64,000 bases of DNA from Octopus vulgaris (lineage: Eukaryota): contig OX597817.1 in assembly GCA_951406725.2 (NCBI GenBank), positions 85,746,001 to 85,810,000 on the forward strand, written 5' to 3'. The stretch's first letter is position 1. Each line of letters opens with the position of its first letter. The position numbers were made by a program, and so were the translations under genes. The notes under the pieces were generated by a model. The model did not search any database, had not been told where the DNA came from, and saw nothing but the letters and a program-made list of their open reading frames with translations. Positions 13,353 through 27,955 of the stretch are shown piece by piece.

Positions 13353-13626
13353 AATACATTTTCATTAGATTTCAATAATTTTTCTAAGATTGTTGAAATC
13401 ATGCTAAAATAACAAAATTTCTCTTCTAAGGAGAGAAAATTCTGAAAGTAAGTAATTTCTTTTTATGTATTTTTTTTATTCCATCTGTGTTTTCATAAGA
13501 AATATGTCTGTCTTTGGAATAAATCAAAAAGTAAAAACATTCTGAATGTCTAAGATATAACAACCATGAAGAAATTGGTGGCAAGAGTCTATATTTAATT
13601 CTTTAATATTTTTATCATGAATTTAG

Positions 13627-13729
13627 CAACAGAAATCTGTCAGAACATCAGAAATGCAAACAGTGGACATGAATGACAAGAATCAGAATAATTTTGAACT
13701 GCTTGAAGAAATCGAGTCTCCAACAAAGG
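13627..13729 (+). CDS. UACA/RAI14/ANKRD24-like gene, internal exon (QQKSVRTSEMQTV...EIESPTK G)
   Basis: tttag acceptor, AAG G|gtagct donor, 103 bp, phase 0/1, which matches the next exon. Confidence 0.7.
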
Positions 13730-14168
13730 GTAGCTTTTTTTATAATTTATATTTTTATCTTCCTTATTTTCTTTTTTATACAATGCTACAAAATCAATTA
13801 TAGCAGCATATATTGACTGTTTTTTTTTCTTTTTTACTGTTTTGTTGAAATAATCCATAAATATTAAGCTTCTTGTTTCTCAAACTCTAAAATATCTGAT
13901 GTGCCTTGCCTTGAATAATTATTTAATCTCTGGAACAAAGTGACATTCTACAAGTAAAGTACCCAGTATCCAGAGCAAAGAAGGCAGTTCCATTTCATTC
14001 ATCAATTGATGATTTAATTAACTAAAAAGGTATCAATAAAAACAATCAAACTCAAACAGTAAATGTTATTAATCATTAATTAATAGGTTAACTTATTAGT
14101 AATAATACACAACTAGTGATTTATTTAGGAAATCTTAAGTTTTATTGTCTGGACCATAATGCTATGAG

Positions 14169-14792
14169 CACCAACTTTTCTATATCACATTGTGCCTCTA
14201 GATAATACACTGTTTCCCCAGAGAAATAGAACGTAAGTCCACCACCCAAGTCTATTTTTACTTTTAATACATGTGTAGGCCAAGTAAAATGTATAATATT
14301 ATTGCCACTCTGCACCCTGTAAAGCTTGACACAGCTTGACACACAAAAGGAGCCATAGGATGTTGTTTCAGGAACCAACTTTCAATTTGGTGTTTTTGAT
14401 GTGGTACTTAAAGGAAAGATTTGTGACATGTTCTTGTAACCTAGCTGCCAAAAAATTTGAGTTTGCCTGGCCAGTGTGAGACAAGGATTCCCAGTAGTCA
14501 GTCTTCTATAGTAATCAGGTGCTTGTGCTGAGATTGGCACCAATATGATGCGAGCAAGGGAGCTCACAAGTACTAGGTTATCTAAGGAAGGTCTATTCAG
14601 CCTAAAGTGGAAATGCAGTAGGCAAAAGGCCTATGTCAAGCTTTGCAGGATGCAGAGTGGCAATATTATACTTTTTACTTGGCATACTCTTACATTAAAT
14701 GGGAAAATAGACTTGGTGGTGGACCTAAGTTTTATTTCTCTGGGAAAACAGTGTATTATCTAGAGGCACAATACAATATAGAAAAGTGGGTG
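14169..14792. mobile_element. MITE/foldback element with ~165-bp diverged terminal inverted repeats
   Basis: 14169-14338 is the reverse complement of ~14627-14792 (CACCAACTTTTCTATATCACATTGTGCCTCTAGATAATACACTG...). Confidence 0.75.
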
Positions 14793-15477
14793 ACACTCAA
14801 TCATTTGAAAATGAGAATGGGATGATTAAAAGTCTCTATGGTCAAATGAGGCTACAAGACTGGCCTAACCACCCATGAATATGAAGAAGCAGACCATACT
14901 ATAGAACACTGTCTTGTCTTACGTCTACTGCCTAAACTCAGCAGAGTTTAATAAAAATGCAAAGAACTAAGTAAAGAAATAGGAGACTATCATATAACCA
15001 TTATAACCATAAGAATCAAAAAAAGAACCTTACTAAGTAAAACTATTTTAAACACACAGAATGGTCCCACTGCAGACTGATGTTCAGTATATCTAGATCA
15101 CAAGACCAGAACAATACAGTCAAGTGTTTATTCAGTTATTTCTGTTCTACATATTTAACCCATTCCTAAAACCTCAAATTGTTCTTTCTCCTTTGTCTTT
15201 GTTCAGAGAGCTACTCCCCAACCATTAATAAAATCTTCCCATATCACATGATAGTTTCTTTCAAATTCTTTGACAAATTTTTTGAAACTGTAAAAGATTT
15301 TATTCTGCATTTCTAATCAACTTCTCAGACTGTTCTGTAACATTCATTATCCAAAGCAGTAATTGTTGTTGTAGTTTTTATTTAACCCTAAGTCAACAGT
15401 GATCAAGCAGACCTATGATCAAGGGGTTTCCAGTCATGATAAATGTGTCTGTTTGTATATTTATGGGCTACAATATT

Positions 15478-15951
15478 CATCATCATCATTTAACGTCCGT
15501 TTTCTTTGCTAGCATGGGTTGGACGGTTCGACCAGGGTCTGGGAAGCCAGGAGGCTGCACCAGGCTCCAGTCTGATTCTGGCAGTTTTCTACAGCTGGAT
15601 GCCCTTTCTAATGCCAACCACTCCATGAGTGTAGTGGGTGCTTTTTACGTGCCACCGGCATAGGGGCCAGGGGAGGCTGGAAACGGCAACAATGGGTTGG
15701 TGCTTTTTACGTGCCACCAGCACAGAAGCCAGTCAAGGCAGCGCTGGCATTGGCCACATTCAGATGGTGCTTTTTACGTGCCACTGGCATGGGTATCGCA
15801 ACTACAATTTCCATTTGATTTTTATTTTAATGTTGATGTACTTGACTCAACAGGTCTCCTCAAGCACAGCAGGTCGCCCTACGATCCAAGGTAAGCACAG
15901 TAGGCCATCCTGCAATCCAAGGTACTTTGGATGGACTGGGGCTGCTATGTG
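15478..15951 (-). mobile_element. RTE LINE 3'UTR with (GAT)n tail
   Basis: Reverse-complement homolog of 2470-2924. Confidence 0.85.
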
Positions 15952-16535
15952 AAGCTCCCCTTTCCATGTGGCAAAGGGGTATGAGAAGCCACTATAAAAT
16001 CAGACAGTCAGTCTTTGTAGAAGATCAGTAGTAGTAGAGTCATTGTAGGAGTTCTCACTTGGAGTCAGTGTCAGTTACATGTTATATATGAGTTCAAGTT
16101 ATATATGAGTTCAAGTTTCAAGTCATTGTCTTATAGCATGATAGGCAAATCAAAGATAATGAGACACGGAATACCGTCACAGCATAATAGTGGCAACAAG
16201 AATATTACAATGCTGATAATAACATACAAGTGGACGAGGATCCACAGTATAACAATTATTCGATGTCAACTTCCTTTGTTAAGGCAGTAGATTTGAAGAT
16301 GATATTATTGCTATTTCTAGCAATTAGTTGTTAGTTGTTAAAAGCTGTTGTGTGGCAGGGAAGTGTAACATAAATCCACCTACATTATTTAGTTTAGTTT
16401 ATTTTATTTATATAGGCAACATTTGTATTTTTGTCTCCCTCTATCTCTTAACAATTAGTGTTGGTTAATTTAAATTTCTGTGACATAGTAGTTTGACAAA
16501 AGAAATGCACATAAGTGCCAGACTTTAAAAAAGTA

Positions 16536-16792
16536 CAGTTGTAGCCAAAAGTTTGGAACATTTTTTAAAAAATTAAAATTGTTATCCCAAATACAATTTG
16601 ATTCAAATATATATATACAACATAGAGATATACTTACCTAATAACTGATCTAATGGTTCAAATTTAGAAGAAATATAGGCAAAATCAAAAATATAGCTCT
16701 AGACCAAATTGCTTACTTTTAATATAACTTTGGACATTTAATATAAAAATTCTAATTTTTAGACCTATGTTCCAAACTTTTGGCCATGACTG
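16536..16792. mobile_element. Tc1-like MITE inserted into an old SINE
   Basis: TA|CAGTTGTAGCCAAAAGTTTGGAACAT ... ATGTTCCAAACTTTTGGCCATGACTG|TA; SINE-A-like sequence resumes on both sides. Confidence 0.85.
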
Positions 16793-16944
16793 TAAGTTCT
16801 GTGGTTGATTTGTTTGACTAAATCCTTCAAGGCAGTACTACAGCATGGGTTAAGCTCCATGACTAAAATAGGTAAAAGATAAATACTAACAGTCATTAGT
16901 GTATCAGACAGAATGCACCCTGGTATTTTTTCTGATACTCTGTT

Positions 16945-17072
16945 CATCTTTGGTGTTACAAAGGGTTTTGTTGGTCTCTCAACTGCACCCTACACATAAT
17001 AATCAAGGGGGTTGCAGTATCGGAAGTTAGGTGGCCAGATTTTCAGGGTGACATGGTCGCAGAAATTGTTTA
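16945..17072 (-). mobile_element. maT/Tc1-type transposase fragment
   Basis: Reverse complement resembles 34875-35000 (NFCDH..IWPPN..CNPLDYYV). Confidence 0.65.
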
Positions 17073-17163
17073 ACTCTTGCAAACCAAATCCTAAAACGAA
17101 ATTTGTAGTATAGTTTTATATCTATTTCATTTTATCTTATGCTTAAATTCAAAAATTATTCAG

Positions 17164-17243
17164 GTAATGATCTGAAAGAAGAGGAAGAAATTGTGGTTAC
17201 TACAGACTCTTGGAAAGAGAATCAGTTGTTAATAAACAATCAG
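17164..17243 (+). CDS. UACA/RAI14/ANKRD24-like gene, internal exon (GNDLKEEEEIVVTTDSWKENQLLINNQ)
   Basis: ttattcag acceptor, consensus CAG|gtaagt donor, 80 bp, phase 1/0. Confidence 0.8.
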
Positions 17244-17479
17244 GTAAGTGTAATACCAAACATTAAATTCTTCATTCTTTTTTACTATGGAAGATTTAGA
17301 AACAACAACCAAATATTTCTCATATAACATCCTACTATCTTAAATAAAACAGATGTATTTAATAATGTCTTAGATAGACAACAATTGAAAAAACATAGGA
17401 TAGTCATAGTTAGAACACCTTCAACCATAGATCAACTTGATGAAGGCTAACCTGGAGCTAAACCATCCTCATTCCCTTC

Positions 17480-18420
17480 TGTTCATCATTGTCCTCAAAT
17501 CCATAACAGGAATTTAAGACTAGCTGCCCTTGAAAACTACTATATGCTGATGACTTCATTCTGATAACAGAATCAGTCATAGAATTAGAAAAGAAATTCC
17601 TAGTGTGGAAGCAAAATCTGGAATCAAAGAGCCTTAAAGTTAACTTAACAAAGTCCAAAATTCTACTAAGCAGGAAAAGATAGACCCCACTCCCCTTGTT
17701 TGATATGTAGGAAAAGTGTAGGTAGGAATTCCATACAGTGTACTCAGTGCAAACTATGAACATGTATCATGGTATTATAGGAAGGTTAATGAAGAAAGTA
17801 ATGTTTGTATGTGGAAGGTGCTCAAAAGCAATGAACACTAATGACATACAGGCGATAGATTTTCTCAAATGCCCAGAAGGTTCCTAGAAGTAGCAATAGT
17901 TTCTGTTACCTAGGTGATCTAATTAGCAGTAGAGGGGGATGCTCTGAAAGTATAGTTGCCAGGTGACAATAAGAGGGAAAATTTCAGAGAACTATTATCT
18001 CTGTTGGCAACAAAATGACTCTCTTCGAGAGTGGAAGGCAGAATGCATGATACTTGTGTACAAACATGATAGAAGGTAGCAAAATGTGGACTGTGAATAC
18101 AGAGGATGTATAAAGGTTGGAAATTACTGAGGCTAACATACCCCCAATGGATGTGCATGCAAGCACAAATGTATTAAATGAAAAATTAGGCATAATAGGA
18201 ATCAGATGTAGTGTGCAAGAGAGACGGCTGCACTGGTATGATTATGTAGTGCTTATGGATGAGACAGCTGCATAAAGAAGTGCTACTCACTAAATATGGA
18301 TGGAGCCTGTGGAAGACTCAAGAAGACATCGCAGGAAGTAGTGAAGAATAACCTCTGGATGTTAAGCCTCATGAAAGAGAGGACAAAAGACCATGATGGT
18401 TGACAATTTACTGTACTTGA
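17480..18420 (+). mobile_element. Old RTE LINE ORF2 relic
   Basis: Degenerate EFKTSCP*KLLYADDFIL..ELEKKFLVWKQNLESKSLKVN, homologous to the LINE at 40389-41150. Confidence 0.8.
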
Positions 18421-19146
18421 GAAGAATACCCATCCATCTAAACAAAAAATTAGGACCTAAAAGCATATCACTTATATATGTCTCCTGCACCCATTGTCCT
18501 TCTTCCTTGGAACCACCTCTTTATCATGCATTCTCAGTATCATCCCATACCATCTTATTTTTCATCTATGACTTGACACATTTTCACTATCATTTTTCTT
18601 TTCCCAGTGAGTAACCTTATATTTCTCCATAGCAAGACACCTGTCCTTGTCTTTCTATCATACTTTAATCTCTCATCACCTGGCATAAAACCAACTCCCC
18701 CAATACTACTCCCTCCACAGTTGAAGAGGTGAGTCTTGCCTTGCAAGTTATTTCATGACTTTACTAGTGCAGGTGCCATATAAAAAGCACTCAGTACATT
18801 ATCTAAGTGGTTGGTATTAGCAAGGGCATTCAGCTATAGAAACCATACCAAAGCAGGAATTGGAGTTTGGTGCAGTCCTCTGACTCACCAGCTCCTTTCA
18901 TGCCATCTAACCCATACCAGCAAGAAAATGGATGTTATATGATGATAATGGACGAATTTTATGAGGCAGAATTTCATAGGCTGGATGCCCTTCCTGTCAC
19001 CAAACTTCACCTATTTCCAAGTAAGGTAATATTTCCCCACAACCAGACATGTTTACATGAAAGTTCAGAAACAAAGGACACCATACTGGTGTCGTTTGCA
19101 TGCTGGTGACTCTTGTTTGTAACTATCATGCAATGTCAAGTCATAT

Positions 19147-19710
19147 AGGCTTAACATCCAGAGGTTATTCTTCACTACTTCCTGCGATGTCTTCTTGAGT
19201 CTTCCACAGGCTCCATCCATATTTAGTGAGTAGCACTTCTTTATACAGCTGTCTCATCCATAAGCACTACATAATCATACCAGTGCAGCCGTCTCTCTTG
19301 CACACTACATCTGATTCCTATTATGCCTAATTTTTCATTTAATACATTTGTGCTTGCATGCACATCCATTGGGGGTATGTTAGCCTCAGTAATTTCCAAC
19401 CTTTATACATCCTCTGTATTCACAGTCCACATTTTGCTACCTTCTATCATGTTTGTACACAAGTATCATGCATTCTGCCTTCCACTCTCAAAGAGAGTCA
19501 TTTTGTTGCCAACAGAGATAATAGTTCTCTGAAATTTTCCCTCTTATTGTCACCTGGCAACTATACTTTCAGAGCATCCCCCTCTACTGCTAATTAGATC
19601 ACCTAGGTAACAGAAACTATTGCTACTTCTAGGAACCTTCTGGGCATTTGAGAAAATCTATCTCCTGTATGTCATTAGTGTTCATTACTTTTGAGCACCT
19701 TCCACATACA
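19147..19710 (-). repeat. 564-bp inverted duplicate of 17806-18369
   Basis: End coordinates sum to the same value (37516), so there is no net indel; ~4 substitutions. Mirrored ORFs appear in the ORF track. Confidence 0.95.
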
Positions 19711-21264
19711 CACACTTGCATATACATATACACATACACACATATATACATATGGGTAGCTTTCGTCTTTTTCTGTCAAAAATGAGTTTTCCAACCCAGC
19801 GTTTACATGCTATTATTTCTGGCTTTATGTGGGCACTTTGAGATATTCCAAAATAAATTAGTTCACATTTTCTTGCAAGTTTATAAAATTCCTATGATGT
19901 CAACAAAATACAATTCTTCCTGATAAGAATAAGGTTTCTAAAATGGATAGAGAAATTTGCAGGATTGCTTTGGTACAATGGTAGAACACCTGTCATGTCT
20001 ACAAGTAATGTGGGTTGTCACACAGGTAGCCTTTGTCTTTTCTATCCTAAAGGGTTTTTAAACCCAGTATTTACATACCATTATTTATAGCTTTATGTGT
20101 ATGATTTGAAATATATGTATGTGTATATATATGATTGGTTACATATACAATCGCCTTGTTTTAATTTCTGTCTACCAGATCCACTCCCAAGGCTTTGGTT
20201 TGTCTCAGATGACACCTTCCCAAGGTTCCACTTTTGGAACTGAACCCAAAACCATGTAGTTTGGAAGCAAACTTCTTTACCACACAACCATACCTGCATG
20301 CTTAAGAAGTTCTTTTCAGATTCCCATTTACTTTTCAGGTAACATTTGTATGTCAGTAATATCAACACTATCAATAAGACTTCAGTAACATCTTTGTATG
20401 ATGGTGATGCTTGTTTACAACCATCACATGACAAGGTTACACACACACATATACATTATATATATATAAAATACAAAATGGGACAAGAACACAAAACATC
20501 TGGACAGCTAGGTGATACAAAAAGGGACAACAAAACATCTAGATAGATGATACAAAGAAAACAAGGACGGGTCATTCAAAGTTTTCTTTCCTCAGCCAAG
20601 CACCAGATTATCCTCGCAATTTCGGCTGATTATTCTTGAGATTGCTCCAATCTGGCCATATATATATGAAGACATGCTTCTTTCAATTTCCATCTTCCAA
20701 ATCCACTCAGAAGGCTTTGGTCATCCTAGGGCTATTGTAAAAGACACTTGCCCATACTACTGCATAGTGCATGTGAACCTGAGTGCATATAGTTGGGAAG
20801 CAAGCTTCTTAAACACATAGCCACACCAGTGCCTATCCATGCTTGTACCTATCAACAATACATCGGTGAGGCTTCAGATTCCTTGATGGTTTCCTTTGAT
20901 AGTCAGTAACAATTACTGCTAGATTTTTGTCTTATTTCTTCAACCAAAAAAGTAATTTTAATTAAGGATTTATTGCCATACAACATTCAATGCATTAACC
21001 CATAACTTATTGATCCAAATTCATGTCATTGGTTCATTTCAGTTATTTCCCATAACTCATTTTAATTTTTATTTATGCAAATTAGAATAGGGAAACAAAC
21101 TGAGGGAGCTATTACCTCTGCTGATGTTGACAGAAATATATAGAGAGATGGCCCCTACCTCTTGCCTGTAAACAAAGCTAAAACTTTTCCCTAAGCATGT
21201 AAATTAACTTTGAGAGATTAGTTCTAAATTTCTTGAAATTTTCTCCCCTTCATTTTGATAACCC

Positions 21265-21442
21265 CTAACTGCCACTAAGTTTATATTGACTTACTCCTAG
21301 GGGTAAATTATTTCTCCATATCTTTGATTACCTCCAAAAACTACCACTAGGTTTATATTTATTTACTCCAAGAGGTAAATTATCTCTCCTTATCTCTGAA
21401 AGCCTCCAACAACTGCCACTGGGTCTATATTTACTTGCTCTA
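21265..21442. repeat. Degenerate tandem repeat, ~72-bp unit x ~2.5
   Basis: AACTGCCACTARGTTTATATTKACTTACTCC..GGTAAATTAT recurs. Confidence 0.7.
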
Positions 21443-24400
21443 AGTATAGACTTTAATAAATTATGAAATATATTTTTTATGTACACCATTCAGTGCCTCA
21501 CTATTTATCAAGATTCATTCCACAGGCCCATCTGAGTTATCTCCATTTGCTCTTTTCTCTTTTTTTATTAATTTCTACAACTGATTAGTTTTATGAGCAT
21601 TTGATGACATTTTCACCTGTTTTGGTATTGAACAGCCATCAGAATTACATTTTACATTTATCTTGGCTCTAAAATACTCAAAGAAAGTTTCAGCAGTTCC
21701 AAAGGAAATTTCATAATTTCTCATCACTTCTCGATAAACTCATTTTTGTTTCAAGATCTTTTCATAGACATTTGTTTAATTAGTCTAATCAATCAGAAAT
21801 GGTCTCCATGAAATTATTCTTCTCATTTGATTTATGGGAGAATGTCCTATGATAGTAATTAAATGTATTTATTGGAACTAAGATTTTAAGCTTCTTTTTA
21901 CTTCTTCATTCTGTCATTAGTCATGACAGAATGTAACAAAACTTTCACAAATAACTTATTTTCGTTTTTCAGTTATTACATAATCTTTCATTAAACTCAT
22001 GTGTGATTAGTTTGTTTTTTTTTTATTTTAAAATTTAATCACTTCAATTATATACCACATTTCTGTTAATACTTTGTTTTACCTTCAAGTCATCACCATC
22101 ATCATCATCATCATCATCTTTTAACATCTATCTTCCATAGTAACATGAGTTAAATGATAGGACTGTGTCATGTTCCAGTGTCTGCTTTGTCATGGTTTCT
22201 AGAACTGGATGTGCTGCCAAGTGTCAATCACTTTACAGAGTGCACTGGGTGCTTTTTTTTTTTTTCTCATGACACCAGCACTAGTGAAGTCACTGTACAG
22301 CTTTACTTGACTTTCATTGAATGGTGCCACTGTAGAGAAGAAGGCAGTTTTACACTAGGCAAGGAGAAATCAAGAGTAAGAGAGAAGAGACCAGAAGAGA
22401 ACAGGTTTCTTAATATAGAGAAAATATATGGCTCCTAGCATTATAAAAGAGAGAGTACAAGTAAAAAAGGTGGGACTGGAAAGAGAGACAGAGACAAGTA
22501 TTAGGAAAGATTCAAACAAAAAAAAGCATAAATGTTATACAAACACACGAAAACGTTATATAGATCACAATAATTTTATGTCACTAAATCCCAACTTGGC
22601 AGTGATGTTACACTCTCAAACAAAAGAGATAAGCTGTCAAACTATTACAGAGATATGGCTTAAAATTCACACAGGCTACTGTCACAACATCAATAAAAAA
22701 TGGCAAATGTATTACATTATAAGTGAAAAAAAAACCAGCTTTAAAACTCCTTTTTCTCTCTTTCTCTCTTTCCCTCTCTCTTTCATTTCATCAGCTGTAG
22801 CTATGAAATTATCATAAAATTAATTGGATTATAAAACAGTGTACTTCAAAGTTATCATTTGATCTTTCTCTTTTTAAAATAGAAATGTTAGAATTTTCTA
22901 GAAATTTATAATTTTCAGAAAATATTAAAGCTTTCTAATATTTTTCTCTTTTTTTCTGATAGTTAATAGTAGAAAGAAAGAATGTGGTTTTAAAAACAAT
23001 TGTGCCAACAAAATCCATATTCTTTATGCTATCCTAGATAAATTGATATAAAACAGAAAGATAAAAATATATATTGCTTTGTTTGAAGTTTAGCATAGTT
23101 TTGAATATAACTACTAAAATTGATAGCTGCAATCCTTCAATTAATCACCATTTTTTCCATACTGATATCATAGAATTTGGCCTCAAAAATATCTTCCCTT
23201 CACCTATCGCATCTTTTATTATTATCATTAACTCTATAACATAAACTGTATCTTATTCTGTTCTCATTTTATTTTTACAACTGACTGAGCAGGCCTATTA
23301 TTATACAAGTCACCCAGTCATGACCAGCTTGTCTTTTTCCTTCAGACATTATCATACTACATTATTCAATGTAGTGCTAGATATGTTGATTTTTTTTAAA
23401 TAGTAGAGTATTATTTAAGGTTGTTTGCTGGATATTTCTATCAAGTTAAGCCATTATATAGACACTCCCTTCTTGGTTTAACCATCAAGTCTTCTGACTT
23501 ATAAATAAACATGTGATGGCTCCAATTCCAAAACATTTCCTGTAGTTTGTCAAATATTACACCATCCTTCTACTTTATTTTATCAAATTATACACATATC
23601 ATTTCTTTTCATCTTACAATCATTATTAAAAATTTTTTTTTACTATCTCTTAATGTCCGTCAACAACCATATAATTGTATTATCTGTACACATTCACATA
23701 TTTGTTTGTTTTCCTGTATATTATAATATCAAGTCAAAATACAAATGTGAGAGGATATTGAACAACTTTCTCATGATTCTTGAGTTAAAACGTGTTGCTA
23801 CTATCTTTCTTTTGTTTCTAGATTCAAGACTTTATTTTACATTACCTCTTTTCATCAAGTTTCCTAGAAGAGACACCAAATCATCTCAGAATATTAACTA
23901 TAATAGACTGGAAACCTATCAGTGGGTGTTTATTATTTGTTTGCTTTATACTATGAGATTAGAGCTACCTGTTGCTCTCAGGGACCTTTGGGTTTAAGAA
24001 TCATTTATTTTAAATATTTTACTGTCTATAAAATATGATATTCCTCCCTATCACTTCTGTGGTATAATATGAAGTGGGAATTTACTATTGCAATATTTTA
24101 TTATAGCCATATACTGCAGTAACAGTATTTTATCATAGTCAATTATTACAGTAAAGTATTTTGTTATAGCCATATATTGCAGTGTAGTGGCATGTGATAT
24201 AGTGGTTAGGGTGTTATACTCATGATTGTGAGATTTTAGTTTTGACTCCTAGACCAGGCAATTTATTGTGTTCTTGAGCAAAACACTTCATTTCATGTTG
24301 CTCCAATTCACTCTGCTGACAAAAATTAGTAATCCCTGAATGAACCAGCATCCCATCCAGTGGGTGGAATATGTACTCCAGCCTTATGAACCTAGGGCTC

Positions 24401-27400
24401 AAACAAGACCGTTGATTCTTTATATATATGTGTGTGTGTGTATGTGTGTGTGTGTGAGTGTGTGTATTTTTGTAGTAATAACATTTTGTTATAACCATAT
24501 ATTACAGTAACAGTATTGTTTCATAGTCATATATTACAGTTTAGTACTTTGTTATAGCCATTTTTGCAGTAACAGTATGTTGGCATAGCCATATACTTCT
24601 TTGGTCCCTTTTATTTCAACTCCTTCATTAAAATTTCAATTCTTGTATACTTTTAGAAAAGTTTTTTTTTTAATCTTTCAGTCAGAAGGGAAGGCAGCTC
24701 CCAAGGCTCTACACAGGACCTCCTAGATATAGATTAAATAAATAACTGAATATAATGAGAAATAATGATTTCTTTTATGCAATGAGAAATAATATTAATC
24801 AAAAATATGGTGCTAATAAAAACTCAGAAGATTGGGTTATCCAATCCAATGAGTTCTTGCAACATTATCTTATATTTCTTTCAATAATTCCTCAATAACT
24901 TCTAAAATCTAAATATTCTCATAAACAGTAGAGTGTGGATGTTTCAAGCATTTTTCATTTAGTCCAGCAAAAAAACTCTCACATTTTACAGTCCGACAAA
25001 TGTTTCAGCATCAAACACTCAGTATGCATTGATTTCAAAACATGATGGCAACTGAAAAAAAAAAACAATAAAAGATTAGCTACATGAAGATAGCATTATT
25101 ATCTTTCTAACTTTATTAACTGGCACATCAACAGTCATGTAAAATAGGGGAGATTTTTCAGTTGTACCCTATATGTCATAGAGAAGAAAGATGACCTTTT
25201 TTTTTTCTCAAAGTTTCCAAAACTGGTGAGGAGAAGGGAAGGAAGAAATCACAATTTATAAGTTCCTGTTGTAGGAAGCAGCACATCAGGGTATTGTGTT
25301 ATCTTCTGACAGGAAACTTTGTCTAAAAGCTTGCTATCAGTCAAAAGTGACAAGTTTATATTCTTATACAAAATGCAACAAAAAAATAAACCTCCCAGAT
25401 TACCATTCTTGATAAACGTTTTAATAGCAAGCATGTGCACCTGTCTAAACTTGATGGTAACTGAAGAAAAATGATAAAACATTAGCTGTGTGAAGACACT
25501 ATTACCATATGCCTAACTTTAGTACTATTACACCAATGGCCACATAAAATATGACAGGTTTTTCTATCACACTCTGTATAACTGTGCCCTACCTGCACCA
25601 TTACAATTAATTACCTGCAATCATGTCTGCCTCACTTTTAATATGCTTTGACACAGTGGTACTGCTGCATGCAGGAGCAACTCTATAAAATTGGCAAAGT
25701 GTGGAATTAGCTCATTGTTCAATTTTTTCAGGGTTAAATTAGTACCTTAAAAGAGGTTTGTCTTTTGCTGATCATTGAATAGAAATGAACAAACATCTTT
25801 TCACCCACCCACCCCCAAATCACAGATGTTTGAGTGACAGTCAATAAAAACTGGAAAGAATTTTTAAATAATTCTAAATTGTCATTCATAATGTTCTTCT
25901 AGTATATATGTGTGTGTGCAATCGTGCATGCATGCATACATATACATAAACATACATATATACATGCATGTAAACATGCATACATTCATACATACATGCA
26001 TACATACATACATACATACATACATACATACATACATACATACATACATACATACATACACACATATAACACATATGTACATACATACAAACAGACAGAC
26101 TTTCATACACACATGCATATTCTCACATGCATTTACGTACACACATGTGCAAGTTGGTTCATAAGTAATTGATGAAAAATATTCAGGTATTTTAATACTA
26201 AAGTATCGTGATGTCACCACAACACTACCATGATATCACCATGATTAACCATGATATCACTATGATATCATTATGACACTACCACATGTTTATCAAATGA
26301 AGGAAGTTTTTTCATAAACATATATTTCTTCAATTGTTTTATTGTTACATTTGATTAAATGTCACCTTGAAGTCTTGTCAATTCCTCTGTTTGTACCATT
26401 TGCCTAAATGTCACTTATAATAATAATAAAATGAGATGATATTTGTTTTTTCATCATTTCATCACATTGAATCGAGAAAAATATCAAAAATTATCTTATA
26501 CAACTAATATTCTTTAAAATGCAGTAATATTGTACTGTTTGTAATATCAATGTATCCCAGTGTACTTGTTATAGAGTTATATACTAATTCATTCAATGTG
26601 TGTGACACTCAAGACAGCCATTCTTTCCCTGATAAAGGTCTAGGAAGACTAGAAATTAGTCATACAATTTCACTTTTTCTACCTACAAAGAGACCAAATC
26701 AAAGATTTGATCTATGGTTTAATGTCTTTCAATAGCATGGCTAAACCTGCAGAAGTTATAACATCAGTATCATCCTCATTTTATCATTTAACATCTTTGT
26801 TTCACACTGTCAAGAGTTGTATGGTTTGACGTGATCCAACAGGTCCAAGGACTGCGTCATGCTCCACTATCTACTCTAACATAATTTCTATGGTTGGATG
26901 CCCTTCCTGATGCCAATCATTTTACAATGAGTACTGGGTGCTTTTTTCATGCTACTAGTAGTATTTAAGTTGCCATGCAACTTACAAGTCTAAGAAGCCT
27001 GAGAGGAGTAACCTTATGTTAGGAGATGAAGGGTTAAAGTATGAGAGAAAAGGCCAGAGCAGAAAATGTTTCTTATTGTAGAGGGCCTACATAGCTACCT
27101 GTATTGTAGAAGAGAGGTTGTGGATGAGTTGAGTAGAGAAGAGGAAAGATAAAAATAGCAGTGATGCAGTATCTGTGTGAACCCTCAATGTATCATTCAT
27201 TTCCAGTTAGATTTTTAATACTTCTTTACTTTAGCTACCTCTCTAGATCTTCACTCTCCAGATCTTCACTCTCCAGATCTTCACTCTCTCTGCAATATTC
27301 AGAACCAAATTCTTTTATCAGATTCTGCCCACCACTATTGCTAACAGTAACCCTGTAACTTCACAAATCTGAGAATGTGGCTTTCTTATTACAGCTCAAC

Positions 27401-27729
27401 TTACTTCTTTTTGTTACTTTGGTAATGGTATCTGCCATATGAATAACTTTTCTTATGGGACTATTTCTATGCCTTGTCTTGTAATAATACTCTGAATATA
27501 GAAACACCATATTTCAAATAAATTCTAGCCCAGGTCTGTCATCTTCATATTTTAAAGTTCATATTTGTAATCTTCAGGTTTTAGAGTCCATATTTGTAAG
27601 ATATTTGTACACCATGCTTGTTAAGATACTGACAACACAACCTGAACGTCTTTTGTCATTGACAAACTGAAAATATCCATCAAAAAATGAAACATGAAAA
27701 TAAATAGCACAAATTGCAAGATCCTGTTG

Positions 27730-27955
27730 CCTAGCATGGAAATAATTACATCCAGCATGGAAATGATTGTACCTAGCATGGAAATGATCACATAGAAATA
27801 ATCATACCTAGCATGAAAATAATCATACCGAGCATAGAAATGATCACACCAAGAATAAAAATTATTACACTTAGCATGGAAATAACCATGCCTAGCATGG
27901 AAGTAATCACACCTAACATGGAAATGGTCACATCTAGCATGGAAATAATCCCAGT
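27730..27955. repeat. 21-bp minisatellite (CCTAGCATGGAAATGATCACA-like), ~11 units
   Basis: Direct reading; explains the repetitive ORFs on both strands. Confidence 0.9.

Noticed and set aside
20575-20615. Minus-strand CTGAGGA..GAATGACCCGTC hammerhead-like string
   Set aside because: It lacks the GAAA core and a convincing stem I.
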